The notes: a model not told the origin generated them from the letters alone. 64,000 nt of DNA from an uncultured Actinomycetota bacterium (GCA_963718235.1 CAVQYR010000001.1:352001-416000); one strand, 5' to 3'; shown: positions 1-9,864, counted from the first letter of the stretch. Numbers and translations are program-made.

Positions 1-82
1 AGTGTTTGTCTGTCGGGTCCGGCGGAAGTCGTCGAACTTCCGACGAAACTGCGTAAGGGCTTACGGCACGCGCGACACACCA

Positions 83-136
83 GCGCCCAGACTAAGGATC
101 AGAAGGCTGGGAGTTTGAGTCTCTCCGGGCGCGCCA
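83..136 (+). other. Degenerate 3' portion of tRNA-Arg(ACG); probable att-site remnant
   Basis: 90-136 reads GACTAAGGATCAGAAGGCTGGGAGTTTGAGTCTCTCCGGGCGCGCCA, resembling the anticodon-loop-to-CCA half of actinobacterial tRNA-Arg(ACG). T-stem GGGAG/CTCTC and CCA end present. Anticodon reads AAG, T-loop reads TTTGAGT, and there is no D-arm. Confidence 0.7.
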
Positions 137-572
137 CGTTTATGCAGGTCAAGCGCTTTCCTCGATCGTGGGGAATCGGCTCTTGGCTTCTTGGGCCTAG
201 ATGCTGCAGTGCTTGCTTCAACGTGCCAGAGTGCTGACTCACCCCGCCTCATGTTTGCCGGTGCGACCGCGTCGTGCCGGGCGGACGCTTGTTGATCCAT
301 CCAGGTGGCGGTCGTGTGTCGCTACTGGTGGATCGTCCCGGTTCGGCCGAGGCCGAGTCCCTCCACATGGTCGCGCACTAGCAGGACAGCCTCCACTTCC
401 TGCGCCTTCAGATCTCCTCCGCACGCCCGGTTGGGGTGTGAGGCAGTTCATCTACCGACAACCTGTCGGGAGTCGAGGCTGTAGCCGGATTTGCGCACAA
501 CTAACCCTCGCTTTGGCGGTACCAGCCGGTTGCCAGAGTCGAGGGGCTAGACGTAGTTCCCAGGGACGTTGG

Positions 573-1493
573 TCAGGCCGCCGCCAGGGCGGTGATGGGT
601 GCCTTGTGGCCGAGTGAGCCGTGGGGTCGCTGGTGGTGGTAGTAGTTCAGCCAGTGTGGCAGGGCTGCGCGGCGGTGGTTGCTGGTGGTGTAGGTCGCGG
701 CGTAGGCCCACTCGCGGAGCAGGGTCTGGATGAATCGTTCGGCCTTGCCGTTGGTGCGTGGCCGGTAGGGCCGGGTCCGGATGTGGACGATGCCGCGGGC
801 CTCGCAGGTCACCGCCCACAGCTTCGAGACGTAGGCGGATCCGTTGTCGGTCATGACTTCTCGCACGGTGATGCCGCGTTCGGCGAACCAGGCGATGGCT
901 CGGTGCAGGAACCCGACGGTGACCGCCGCGGTCTGGTTGGGCAGGACTTCGACATAGGCCAGGCGGGTCGCGTCGTCGACGGCGACGTGGACGGCCTCCC
1001 ACCCGGCGTTGGGGGTGTGCCGGCCCGGGCCTTGTCCCAGGACCCGCTTGCCCGGGCGGGCGAAGCGGCCGAGGGTCTTGATGTCGAGGTGGATCAGCTC
1101 ACCGGCGTGGCGTCGGCAGTACCGGTTCGCGGGCTCGGGCGGCTCGAGGTGGGACAGCCGGTTGAGCCCGACCCGGGCGAGCACTGCGCAGACCGTGGAC
1201 ACGGCCATGCCCAGCTCCGCGGCGATCATCGAACTGGTCCGGCGCAGTCGACGCAGCGCCACGATCGCCGCCTCCACCGTGGCCGAGGTCCGGGACGGAG
1301 ACGAGTGCGGCCGCGAAGACCGATCCGTCATCGGTTCGCCGCGGTCATAGCGGCCCAGCCAGATCCGGACCCGGCGCTCGCTCATGTTCGCCGCCTCGGC
1401 GGCCTCGGCGACGGTCCAGCCCTCGAGGCGGACCCGCTCACACATGAGCAGGCGCCCCAACGGGGACAGGCGGGCATTAGCGTGGACGTTCAT
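573..1493 (-). CDS. IS481-family transposase
   Basis: N-terminal MNVHANARLSPLGR is typical of IS481. DDE core motifs HLDIK, VDDATR, TDNGSAY and TNGKAERF. Confidence 0.95.
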   Translation of the reverse strand: MNVHANARLSPLGRLLMCERVRLEGWTVAEAAEAANMSERRVRIWLGRYDRGEPMTDRSSRPHSSPSRTSATVEAAIVALRRLRRTSSMIAAELGMAVSTVCAVLARVGLNRLSHLEPPEPANRYCRRHAGELIHLDIKTLGRFARPGKRVLGQGPGRHTPNAGWEAVHVAVDDATRLAYVEVLPNQTAAVTVGFLHRAIAWFAERGITVREVMTDNGSAYVSKLWAVTCEARGIVHIRTRPYRPRTNGKAERFIQTLLREWAYAATYTTSNHRRAALPHWLNYYHHQRPHGSLGHKAPITALAAA

Positions 1494-1548
1494 CGGGCTC
1501 CTTGAGGACGAGAGCGACTAAGCACCCTCAACTTCTCAAGGAGCCCGA
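1493..1548 (-). promoter_or_regulatory. 14-bp inverted repeat covering the transposase ribosome-binding site
   Basis: TCGGGCTCCTTGAG (1493-1506) pairs with CTCAAGGAGCCCGA (1535-1548). On the minus strand the stem contains the AAGGAG SD just before the ATG. Confidence 0.75.
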
Positions 1549-1607
1549 CCCGGAACAACCTGCCTGGGAACTACAGCTAGATGCCACCAGTCGCGGTGCA
1601 AGGGCGG

Positions 1608-2507
1608 TCAGCGGGTGGTGACGGTCGCGGTGTTCGAGGTCACACTTCCGGATCCATCGGTGGCGAGCAGCCGATAGGAGTACACCTTCTTGCACTTGAC
1701 GTTGGAGTCGGCGTACGCGTTAGAGGAGGGTGCGACGGTGGCGATGGGTGAGAACGAGGTGCAGTTGGTGCCGCGGCAGCGTTGCACTGTCAGGCTGCTC
1801 GTTGTGCTCGGGGGGTTTGACCAGGTGAGATCCACCCGACCTCGAGCGGGGGCGAGAGCCACCAGGTTCTGCGGAGGGACCAGTCCGAGAGTCACCGTCA
1901 CCACCGTGGAGACGGCGTCGACACTGAAGCCGGACTGCACCGTGAGGATGACCGTGTAGCTGCCGGGGGCAGCGAAGGTGTGGCTCAAGACGGGCGCGGT
2001 CGAGCTCGATCCGTCGCCGAATGACCACGTGTAGCTGTCGACCGGCCCGCCTCCGAACGCAGTGGAGCTGCGGCCATCGAAGGTTACGGTGAGGGGAGCG
2101 GAACCAGATGTTGGGGTGGCGGTGAACGAGGCGACCGGCTCCTCGGTTCCCAACAGCATGATCTCGGCTACGTTGCTGAAGGCGGATGTGCCCGAGGCGT
2201 TGATCGCCGCAACTCGGTACCGGTTAACTCCCGCGTCCGACGTCGGGTCGAGGTAGGACGTCGAGTCGGCCCCAACAGTGGCGATCTGCCGGAAGCTTGT
2301 GCAGCCGGATCCCTGGCATGACTCTACCGTGAACAGGGCTTCGTCGGTCGAGTCGTCCTGCCATGACAGGGCCACGCCCCCAGCGCCGAAGTCGGCCGTG
2401 AGGTTCGACGGGCTGGCGGGTGCGGCCACGGCGGTGACCGCGGTGGCCACGACCAATGTCGTGGAGACTGCCGCCAGCGCGAGGATCCGGGCAGTCAGGC
2501 GAATCAT
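1608..2507 (-). CDS. Secreted FN3-PKD-FN3 domain protein
   Basis: Signal peptide ending AVA-A. FN3-like segments (LSWQD...YRVAAIN; LTWSN...YSYRL) and a PKD motif (YTWSFGDGS...HTFAAPGSYTVILTV). Confidence 0.85.
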   Translation of the reverse strand: MIRLTARILALAAVSTTLVVATAVTAVAAPASPSNLTADFGAGGVALSWQDDSTDEALFTVESCQGSGCTSFRQIATVGADSTSYLDPTSDAGVNRYRVAAINASGTSAFSNVAEIMLLGTEEPVASFTATPTSGSAPLTVTFDGRSSTAFGGGPVDSYTWSFGDGSSSTAPVLSHTFAAPGSYTVILTVQSGFSVDAVSTVVTVTLGLVPPQNLVALAPARGRVDLTWSNPPSTTSSLTVQRCRGTNCTSFSPIATVAPSSNAYADSNVKCKKVYSYRLLATDGSGSVTSNTATVTTR

Positions 2508-2556
2508 GGTTGTCCTTCTCTCCTCGGAGGCGGCGTGGGCGCTGCTCCCGATTCAA

Positions 2557-3030
2557 TCACCTCGGAGCCGGTTGGGGGTCGAGCCCACAAGAACGGACGA
2601 TGAAGGAGCTGCTCCACTGGACACACGACAGGCACGAGAAACTGCTGCCGCTCGTGTTCAGGAAGCTGGCAGGTGGACCGAGTAACCCGCCGGTGTCGGC
2701 TGATGGTGCGCTGCGCCAGGCTGCGCATGACTGGGTGACCGCGTCGATCGCACCGTTCACCTCAACATGCTGATGGCCTACTTCATCGGTCATCGCCAAC
2801 TGGTCCTTCGCCCGCTCGGCAAGCAGCGGATACAGCAGCGAGTCTTCGCTCTCGTGGTGGTGGTGCAGTACGCCGATGACGAAGTCGATGTGGTTGGCCA
2901 AGAACGTCACGCGTTGCGCCGATGGCGTGGGGTCTGCAAGCACTAGTTGCGCGGACTCCTCGAAAGCCCTCCTGAACGTCTTGTGCACGATCGCCATGTC
3001 CCTGACATCGATGGGTTGAGTGGCTGACAT
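2557..3030 (-). pseudogene. Hemerythrin/HHE-domain protein, C-terminally truncated
   Basis: MSATQPIDVRDMAIVHKTFRR...HHHHESEDSLLYPLL...HQHVEV. Similarity breaks down after about ADTGG and the final H/EE helix is absent. Confidence 0.65.
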
Positions 3031-3231
3031 CTTGGAGCCTCCTTCGGGGGAGTTGGATGCTGCAGATCGCCGAGTCTGACGCCGCTTGGGTAGAGATCCT
3101 CGCCGTCGGCGAAGCCGGTGGCGTATGTCACCGCTGCCGAATACCCTCGCCGTCCTAAGGTTCACCGCTGTCGGTTGCCGGGGCCGCGACCCGTTAGCGC
3201 CACACCCGAGGTGCAGCGACTGGAGGTTCTC

Positions 3232-3855
3232 ATGACTCACCTGACCGTGGACTTGCGCCCGGTGCAGATTGAGCACCAGTTCGGCGCGCAGCTGGCCCTC
3301 GTCGGGGCGGGCTGCGGCCTAGCGTGGTCGTGTGCGCTGCGGGGGTGGATGACGGCCATCGCCGGACCGGAGTCCACCGTCACCTGGGCGGGCACGGTCG
3401 GCGGGGTTCTCGCCCCGGCGACCGTCGTCGGTGGTCTGCTGGGCTGGGCGGAAGCCCGACGCCGCGCCGGGAAGCCACCGTCGGGCTGGTTGGTGGCCAG
3501 TCCCGCGCTGTTGGGGTTGGCGCCGCTGGCGGTGCCGGGTGTGCTCACCAGCCTCGTGACCACCGGCCAGGGCTCCGGGGCGCTCGGGATGGTCTCGTTG
3601 GCGATGCTTGCCGGGTACTCGTTGTCGGGACGAGGCAGCCGTCGGCGCCGTACCGGGGCAGCCGTGCTCGGCTTCGCCGTTGTACCCGCCGTGTGGCTGG
3701 CACCGCCGATGACACCTGACCTGGACCCGACCACGCCGTACGGGGCGCTGGTCGCCATGACGTTCACGACGCTGTTCGTTGGCCTTGCAGCTGCCTGCGC
3801 CCTACCGATGCGCGACGCAACGGCAGCGGCCATCGGCGGCCGCCCGATGGACTGA
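3232..3855 (+). CDS. Integral membrane protein, unknown function
   Basis: GGAGG SD before ATG 3232; about six hydrophobic segments. Confidence 0.7.
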   Translation: MTHLTVDLRPVQIEHQFGAQLALVGAGCGLAWSCALRGWMTAIAGPESTVTWAGTVGGVLAPATVVGGLLGWAEARRRAGKPPSGWLVASPALLGLAPLAVPGVLTSLVTTGQGSGALGMVSLAMLAGYSLSGRGSRRRRTGAAVLGFAVVPAVWLAPPMTPDLDPTTPYGALVAMTFTTLFVGLAAACALPMRDATAAAIGGRPMD

Positions 3856-3909
3856 GACACAACCCGCGGCCGACCCGCATCCCCCGAGCGGTGCGGCGGC
3901 GCGGGGCGA

Positions 3910-4881
3910 CTACCGCACGGGCTCGCTGGCGAAGAGGTCCAGTCCCAGCTCCTCCGACAGGGCTCTCGCGGCCAGCCCGCCTCGGACGCTGTTGCCGTGG
4001 GCGTCCAGTCGGGGCGAGTACGTCCCCATCCCGCCCTTGCCGGGAGCCACGGTGACGATGCCCCCGCCGATACCGCTCTTGGCGGGCAGGCCCACCTCGC
4101 ACAGCCACTGACCCGATCCGGTGTACATGCCGGCGGTCGTCATCACGGCGAGTACGAAACGTGCCGTATCCGCCCCCACGACCGCCTCACCGGTGATGGG
4201 GTTCACCCCGCCATCAGCGAGAGTCGCCCCCATCACGGCCAGATCGCGCGCTGTGACGCGCAGGCACGACTGCCGGGTGTAGCGGTCGAGTGCCTCCGCC
4301 GGGTCACCGGTGATCCGTCCGCGTTCCCCCAGGGCCGCCGTGATCTCGCGGTTCCGCAGGTTCGTGGCGGACGCCGATGCGTACGTCTCCTCGTCGAGGG
4401 CGAGGGGGTGGCCGGCGAACGCGGAGAGTCCTTGGAGCAGGTGCTGCCAACGGTCCTGGGCGTCCTGGCCCCGAATCAGGGCGCTAGTGGCGATGGCTCC
4501 GGCATTGACCATCGGGTTGGTCCGACCGTCGGTGGCGTCCAGCACCGCGTCCACCGAGTCGAAAGGTCGACCGGTGGCGTCGACCCCGATGCCCGAGATG
4601 ACGGCCTCGACCCCGATCGCCTCGACCACGAGGGCGAGGGTGAACGGCTTGGCCACGCTCATCATCGCGAATGGTGCGTCGACATCCCCGGCGACGACCT
4701 CCGTGCCGCGAGCGCCGACCACACAGATGCCGAAGAGGTCCGGCGAGACCGCCTGCAGTGCCGGGTAGACGCTGCTCACCTCGCCGTCGACGACACCGAT
4801 CAGGCTGCGGTGGGTCTGCTCGACCAGTCGCTGCACCTCGTCGTCGGTGGGCAGCCGTCCGGTGCTGACATGACGGACCAT
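3910..4881 (-). CDS. glsA: Glutaminase A
   Basis: Motifs MSVAKPF (SxxK), NPMVNAGAI, Y..QS and GLPAKSGIGGGIV. Confidence 0.92.
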   Translation of the reverse strand: MVRHVSTGRLPTDDEVQRLVEQTHRSLIGVVDGEVSSVYPALQAVSPDLFGICVVGARGTEVVAGDVDAPFAMMSVAKPFTLALVVEAIGVEAVISGIGVDATGRPFDSVDAVLDATDGRTNPMVNAGAIATSALIRGQDAQDRWQHLLQGLSAFAGHPLALDEETYASASATNLRNREITAALGERGRITGDPAEALDRYTRQSCLRVTARDLAVMGATLADGGVNPITGEAVVGADTARFVLAVMTTAGMYTGSGQWLCEVGLPAKSGIGGGIVTVAPGKGGMGTYSPRLDAHGNSVRGGLAARALSEELGLDLFASEPVR

Positions 4882-4891
4882 CAGATGCCGA

Positions 4892-6550
4892 TCAGAATCC
4901 CCAGGGGATGCCCAGCAGGTACCAGGCAAGGAAGAACGCCGTCCACGCGATCGACATCAGCACGAAGTAGGGGAGCATCAGCGCGATGACGGTGCCGATC
5001 CCCGAGCGCTTGTCGTAGCGCGCAGCGAACACCACGATCAGCGGGAAGTACGCCATGATCGGGGTCACGATGTTGACCGGCGAGTCACCAACCCGGTAGG
5101 CGGCGAGCACCGCCTCCGGCTCGACCCCGAGTCGCAGGAAGAGCGGGATGAAGATCGGCGCCAGCAAGGCCCACTTCGCGATCGCCTGGGGGATCAAGAT
5201 GCCTACGACCAGCGTGATGAGGATCGCGAGGAGCAGCAGCCAGCCGGAGCCGATGTCGAGGCCTTCGATGAGGTCCCCGAGCTTGACGGCCGCCACCTGC
5301 GGCATGTTCGAGTAGTTGAAGTAGGCGATGAACTGCGCGATCAGCAGGAAGAGCAGCAGCAGGCCAGCCAGCCCTGCCCAGGACTTGGTGATGGCGTCGA
5401 TGATGTCGCCCTTGCCTCGCAGCGTCCCCGCGCCGCGCGCGAAGCCGACTCCAGCGGCGAAGAAGAGCACCGAGATCGTGACGATGAGCCCGTCCATGAA
5501 GGGCGAGGTGCCAATGATGCTGCCCGTCTCAGGGTCACGCAGTGGTGCGTTCGGAAGCACCGTGAGCAGCGTGATGCCGAGCGTGGCGGCGAGGAACCAG
5601 ATGCCGGACATCCGCAGCCCGCGACGCTCCGCCTGCTCATCGATCTCCGGCGCCTCGTCAGCGGACTGGATCTGGGGGCTGTCGGCATCGGGGGCCACCG
5701 AAGGGTCGTAGGCGCCCAGCCGGCGCTCGACGAGCCGGGAAGTCGTGATCCCGAGGAGGATGGTGAGCAGGACGGTGGAACCGATCCCGAACCAGAAGTT
5801 GGCCGTCAGGTCGATCGACTGGCTGGGGTCGACCAAGGCGATCGACTCGTTCGTGATCTCGGTCAGCACTGCGTCCGTGGGCGTGATCAGCAGGTTGACG
5901 CCGAAGCCGCCGGCGACCCCGGCGAAGGCGGCCGCCATGCCGGCGAGCGGGTGCCTGCCGACGCTCTTGAAGGCAACCGCCCCGAGTGGAATGAGTACGA
6001 GGTAACCGGCGTCCGACGCGATGCTCGAGATGATCCCCAGGAAGACGATGATGTAGGTGAGCGCTGCAGGAGAGGACGCATCCACCAGCCTCCGAATGAG
6101 GGCCGCGATGAGTCCGGACCGTTCGGCGACGCCGACCCCGATCATGACGATCAGGATGATGCCCATCGCGGTGAAACCCATGAAGTTGGGCACGAACGAG
6201 GTGAACAGGTACCGGACACCATCGGCCGTCAGCAGGCCTTCGATCTGGACGGTCTTCTCGACGACCTCGTAGTCGTTGGCGTCCGGCGGTTCGGACGGCA
6301 TGGTCTCGGCCGGGAGCGTCGAGCCCCCGACGTACTCCGCCTCGACCCCCTGAGGTGGCGGCTGGACCACCTCGTAGGTGGCGGAGACGCCAACCCAGGC
6401 CAGCACCTGCGACAGCAAGATCACGCCGATGCAGAGGGCGAGGAACATGATGGCCGGGTGCGGCACCTTGTTGCCGACCCGCTCGATCAGGTCGAGGGTG
6501 CGGGCGACGACCCCAGGCTTCTCGTCGGCAACGGCGGTCGCGGCGCTCAC
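4892..6550 (-). CDS. AbgT-family transporter
   Basis: LDLIERVGNKVPHPA, GRHPLAG and AAYRVGDSPVN...TP motifs; multi-pass membrane protein. Confidence 0.9.
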   Translation of the reverse strand: MSAATAVADEKPGVVARTLDLIERVGNKVPHPAIMFLALCIGVILLSQVLAWVGVSATYEVVQPPPQGVEAEYVGGSTLPAETMPSEPPDANDYEVVEKTVQIEGLLTADGVRYLFTSFVPNFMGFTAMGIILIVMIGVGVAERSGLIAALIRRLVDASSPAALTYIIVFLGIISSIASDAGYLVLIPLGAVAFKSVGRHPLAGMAAAFAGVAGGFGVNLLITPTDAVLTEITNESIALVDPSQSIDLTANFWFGIGSTVLLTILLGITTSRLVERRLGAYDPSVAPDADSPQIQSADEAPEIDEQAERRGLRMSGIWFLAATLGITLLTVLPNAPLRDPETGSIIGTSPFMDGLIVTISVLFFAAGVGFARGAGTLRGKGDIIDAITKSWAGLAGLLLLFLLIAQFIAYFNYSNMPQVAAVKLGDLIEGLDIGSGWLLLLAILITLVVGILIPQAIAKWALLAPIFIPLFLRLGVEPEAVLAAYRVGDSPVNIVTPIMAYFPLIVVFAARYDKRSGIGTVIALMLPYFVLMSIAWTAFFLAWYLLGIPWGF

Positions 6551-7908
6551 GAGGTCGCCCCGAGCCGGGCGAACAGATCGGCGATCGCCACGGTCGTCTT
6601 CTCGAACTCGTCCAGCAGCACTCGCTCATTGGGCCCGTGGATGTTGGCGTAGCCGTCGGTCGTCCCACCGAGCACGATCTGCGCGCCCGGCACGGCCTCG
6701 GCGAGCGAGCTGACCAGCGGGATCGACCCTCCGGCTCCAGCCATGGCAGTCTCGCCACCCCACGCCGATGCCCAGGCGGCCGACGCGGCGCCGACGGCAG
6801 CGCTGTCAGTTTGGGCGGCGAAGCCGTGGCCGGTCTCCAGCGCCTCGACCGTGAGCCGCAACCCGAAGGGCATGGCGCGGCGAAGGTGCTCGACCACGGC
6901 GGCCTGAGCCTCCTTCGGATCCTGCTCGGGGTGGACTCGGACGTTCAGCTTCGCCCGCGCGTACGGCGAGACCGCGTTGAGGGAGTTGTCGACAGAGGGA
7001 ACGTCCACGCCGATCACAGTGATCGCCGGCCCGCTCCACACGCGGGAGCCGAGCGAGCCGGTGCCCATCAGCGGCGCGCCGTCGACGACCTCTGCGAGCT
7101 CGCGGAACTCCGCCTCGTCCGGGCCGCCGCCCGTCCACTCGTTCCGCCGCAGCCCGGCGACGGCGACGTCGCCGTTGTCGTCGTGCAGTGAGGTGAGGGC
7201 ACGCATGAGGGCGAGCATCGCGTCGGGTGCGGCACCGCCGTACATTCCGCTGTGCTTGGCGGACGCCAGCGTGCGGACCTCGACGACGACGTTGGCCATG
7301 CCGCGCAGTGCCACGGTCAGAGTCGGCGACCCCGGCCTGACGTTGCCGAGGTCGGCGATCAGCATCACGTCGGAGGTGAACCGGTCGGGGTCCTGCTGGG
7401 GGTAGGTGGTGAAGGCACCGCCACCGACCTCCTCCTGGCCCTCGACGACCACCTTCACACCCACCGGGGGGCGTCCGCCCCAGGCACGCAGCGCCCCGAC
7501 GATCGCCATGATGTTCGACTTGGTGTCGGCCGCGCCGCGACCGTGGATGGCGCCGTCCCGCTCGGTCGGCTCGAACGGGGGTGTCTCCCAGAGCGACTCG
7601 TCGCCGGCGGGGACGACGTCGTAGTGGCTGTAGAGCAGCACCGTGGGGGCGTCGTCGGGGGCTGGGATCTCGCCGAAGACCACGGGGGCGGTGTCCGGCA
7701 GCTCGATTTGCTCGACCCGCTCACACCCGGCTTCAAGGAGCAGTTGGGTGACGAGTTGCTCGGCGTCGGCCAGTGCCGCGTGTGTGGATCTGGGGTACCC
7801 CGGTGACGAGACTGACGGGATCGCGATCAGCTCACACAACTGCGAGGTCAGCTGGGGCATGAGGGCGCGGACCGCGTTCGCCAGCTGCTCCGTGCTCTTC
7901 TCGGCCAT
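6547..7908 (-). CDS. M20-family peptidase/dipeptidase
   Basis: LLYSHYDVVP, GRGAADTK, EGQEEVG and HGPNE motifs; overlaps the AbgT start by 4 bp. Confidence 0.9.
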   Translation of the reverse strand: MAEKSTEQLANAVRALMPQLTSQLCELIAIPSVSSPGYPRSTHAALADAEQLVTQLLLEAGCERVEQIELPDTAPVVFGEIPAPDDAPTVLLYSHYDVVPAGDESLWETPPFEPTERDGAIHGRGAADTKSNIMAIVGALRAWGGRPPVGVKVVVEGQEEVGGGAFTTYPQQDPDRFTSDVMLIADLGNVRPGSPTLTVALRGMANVVVEVRTLASAKHSGMYGGAAPDAMLALMRALTSLHDDNGDVAVAGLRRNEWTGGGPDEAEFRELAEVVDGAPLMGTGSLGSRVWSGPAITVIGVDVPSVDNSLNAVSPYARAKLNVRVHPEQDPKEAQAAVVEHLRRAMPFGLRLTVEALETGHGFAAQTDSAAVGAASAAWASAWGGETAMAGAGGSIPLVSSLAEAVPGAQIVLGGTTDGYANIHGPNERVLLDEFEKTTVAIADLFARLGATS

Positions 7909-8020
7909 GGTGCTCCTCCGCGTGTCTGTGTGCGGCTGCTTGTTGGCTGGGTCATGCCTGGAGTCATCCTGGCGCACGGAGAAACAGCGTGCAGGCCGGA
8001 CCGCGCCCCAGCCTGGGTTG

Positions 8021-8225
8021 GTGCTGGTCGGAAGCGAGCAGGACCTTGTCCTAGGCGGCGCTCGGACGATCGTCCGCGAGACCGGGCGGGACGCCGTGTG
8101 GCGTTGCCGTGGACGGCTCGACGATCAGTGTCGTCACCATCGGTGACGTTCTGGCATTCCACGGCCGCACCGAGGTCGACGTCGCCGGTCTCGTCTTGGC
8201 ACCGGGCTTCATCGACCTCGCACGG
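8021..8225 (+). pseudogene. N-terminal remnant of an amidohydrolase (D-aminoacylase-like)
   Basis: DLVLGGARTIVRETGRDAV, then a frameshift, then VAVDGSTISVV...DVAGLVLAPGFIDL. Similarity ends where the HxH metal motif should begin. Confidence 0.6.
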
Positions 8226-8343
8226 CCGCTGTCGACGAGTCTGTGCGCGGAACGTGAAGTCGCCCTCCTGGTCGGCTCAATCACCCCGTTGCCGGTCCTG
8301 ATGCGCAAGCGCCAGCTGCGGCGGTCATGCCGAGACCATTCCC

Positions 8344-8643
8344 TCACCAGAGGTCGAACGCGGTCCGGATGGCCTCGCTGAGCGCGGGTTCCTGGTCGGT
8401 GAGGAGGAACCCGAGCTGGCGTCCGAGCGCATCGGCGGGCACGGTGACAACGTTGTCGCAGCTGACCACGCTGTCGTGGTCGAGTCCGTTGGCCGGTCCC
8501 ACTGGCACCTCCGTGGACAGGCCGCGCACGATGGTGGTGATCGGCGCCACGGTGACCCGGCTCAAGTGCGGGCGGACGATGTCTCGGGTGAGGACCAGGA
8601 CCGGGCGCGCCTTGTCCAGGTGCGCGACATGGATGGGTCGCAT
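8344..8643 (-). CDS. mazF: PemK/MazF-family endoribonuclease toxin
   Basis: MRPIHVAHLDKARPVLVLTR...VAPITT...VVSCDN closely resembles mycobacterial MazF3-type toxins. Confidence 0.92.
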   Translation of the reverse strand: MRPIHVAHLDKARPVLVLTRDIVRPHLSRVTVAPITTIVRGLSTEVPVGPANGLDHDSVVSCDNVVTVPADALGRQLGFLLTDQEPALSEAIRTAFDLW

Positions 8644-8879
8644 CAGTCGAGGTCGGGCATCGCAGTTTTCGCCGCATGGTGGGCCAGACCGTCCAGGTCA
8701 GCGTCGCGGCCCGCCTGGGCGAGGATCGCAGCGTCGCGCTCGGCGATCTGGCGGCGGCGCTCGCGTTCGAGGGCGCGCGCGACGGCGGCAGCTCGGCTGG
8801 CGGCATGGCCGCTGCGGACGAGCCCGTCGATGAAGGCGACCAGGTCGTCGGGGAGGCGGACAGCGATCTGCGTGGTCAT
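8643..8879 (-). CDS. mazE: Ribbon-helix-helix antitoxin (MazE-like)
   Basis: TTQIAVRLPDDLVAFIDGLV RHH motif; overlaps the toxin start by 1 bp. Confidence 0.85.
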   Translation of the reverse strand: MTTQIAVRLPDDLVAFIDGLVRSGHAASRAAAVARALERERRRQIAERDAAILAQAGRDADLDGLAHHAAKTAMPDLD

Positions 8880-9072
8880 ACCTGAACGGTACTATGATGG
8901 GATTCGTATCGGGATGTGAACTGATGCCGGCCGCGAGCTGGGGGTCTCTCAACACCGCGAGAGGACTGGACGATGCGGCCTTCCCCGTACTTGCGCGGCG
9001 GACCTTGTCCACCGACCGATCCCCTGTGTATCGGGCGTCACAGACACCCGTGGCCGACAACGAAGTAGACGG

Positions 9073-9783
9073 TCAGTGCGAGGCGGCGACCAACAGCTCC
9101 GCGAGACGCACGGGTTGCTCGCGGAAGATCCCGTGGTCCGTGTCGATCTCGACAACATCAGCGCCCACCGACGCCGCCATCACCCGTTGAGCCTCCGGCG
9201 GCACCAGCGTATCGACGGTCGTCAGGACGTAGGTGCGGCGGCGAGAAGCCGGCAGATCGCCGCGCCACTTCTCGCGCAACACGGCGATCCCCTGAGGACG
9301 CTGCGTCCGCTCCAGGTAGGTCCGCACCGAGTCCCGCTCGGTCGGGTCAGCCGCGGCGAGGTAGAGGTCGATGTTCAGGGCGCACAGCCCAGGGCCGGCA
9401 CTGAGGATCAGGCCGTCGAAGGCGGCAAGTCCGGCTTCCTCGCCGCCCTCGAACGGATCGCCACCGGCGAAGAGGTCGAGCACCGAGGAACCATCCCGCG
9501 GGATCCAAGCCGCGACGTAGACCACCGGCACGTCGGGGTGCTCCACGGCGATCCTCGAGGCGGTGAAGCCTCCGAACGAGTAGCCGACCAGCACGACGTC
9601 GGCCAGGTCATCGGGCAGGATGGCGCGCACGACGTCCGCGTAGTCCTCCAGAGTCGCGTCGGCACTGTCGCACGGCAGATCAACGACGATCACCTCATGG
9701 CCTGCCGATTCCAACGGTTCGATCACCGGCTCCACCGTCGCGGGTGTATCCCAGGCCCCCGGCACGATGACGAAGGTAGACAT
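9073..9783 (-). CDS. Alpha/beta hydrolase
   Basis: VIVPGAW, GYSFGG nucleophile elbow and a C-terminal DTDH. Confidence 0.85.
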   Translation of the reverse strand: MSTFVIVPGAWDTPATVEPVIEPLESAGHEVIVVDLPCDSADATLEDYADVVRAILPDDLADVVLVGYSFGGFTASRIAVEHPDVPVVYVAAWIPRDGSSVLDLFAGGDPFEGGEEAGLAAFDGLILSAGPGLCALNIDLYLAAADPTERDSVRTYLERTQRPQGIAVLREKWRGDLPASRRRTYVLTTVDTLVPPEAQRVMAASVGADVVEIDTDHGIFREQPVRLAELLVAASH

Positions 9784-9864
9784 GAGTAGATCCTCCTCGT
9801 CCGGGGACTGGGCGAGTCAACACCGCGGGGTGATCGGGGCAAGTGTGGGATGGGAGGTGAAACG

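Larger units (their letters stand above)
552..1575 (-). mobile_element. IS481-family insertion sequence, 1024 bp
   Basis: Imperfect terminal inverted repeats CGTAGTTCCCAGGGACGTTGGT (from 552) and the reverse complement TGTAGTTCCCAGGCAGGTTGTT (ending 1575). Flanked by 6-bp direct repeat GCTAGA at 546-551 and 1576-1581. Contains one transposase ORF. Confidence 0.95.

Noticed and set aside
83-136. Functional tRNA gene
   Set aside because: The D-arm and 5' anticodon stem are missing and the T-loop and anticodon are mutated; reported only as a remnant.
140-545. ORFs 201-617 and 239-451
   Set aside because: Atypical composition, no motifs, and one crosses the IS boundary.
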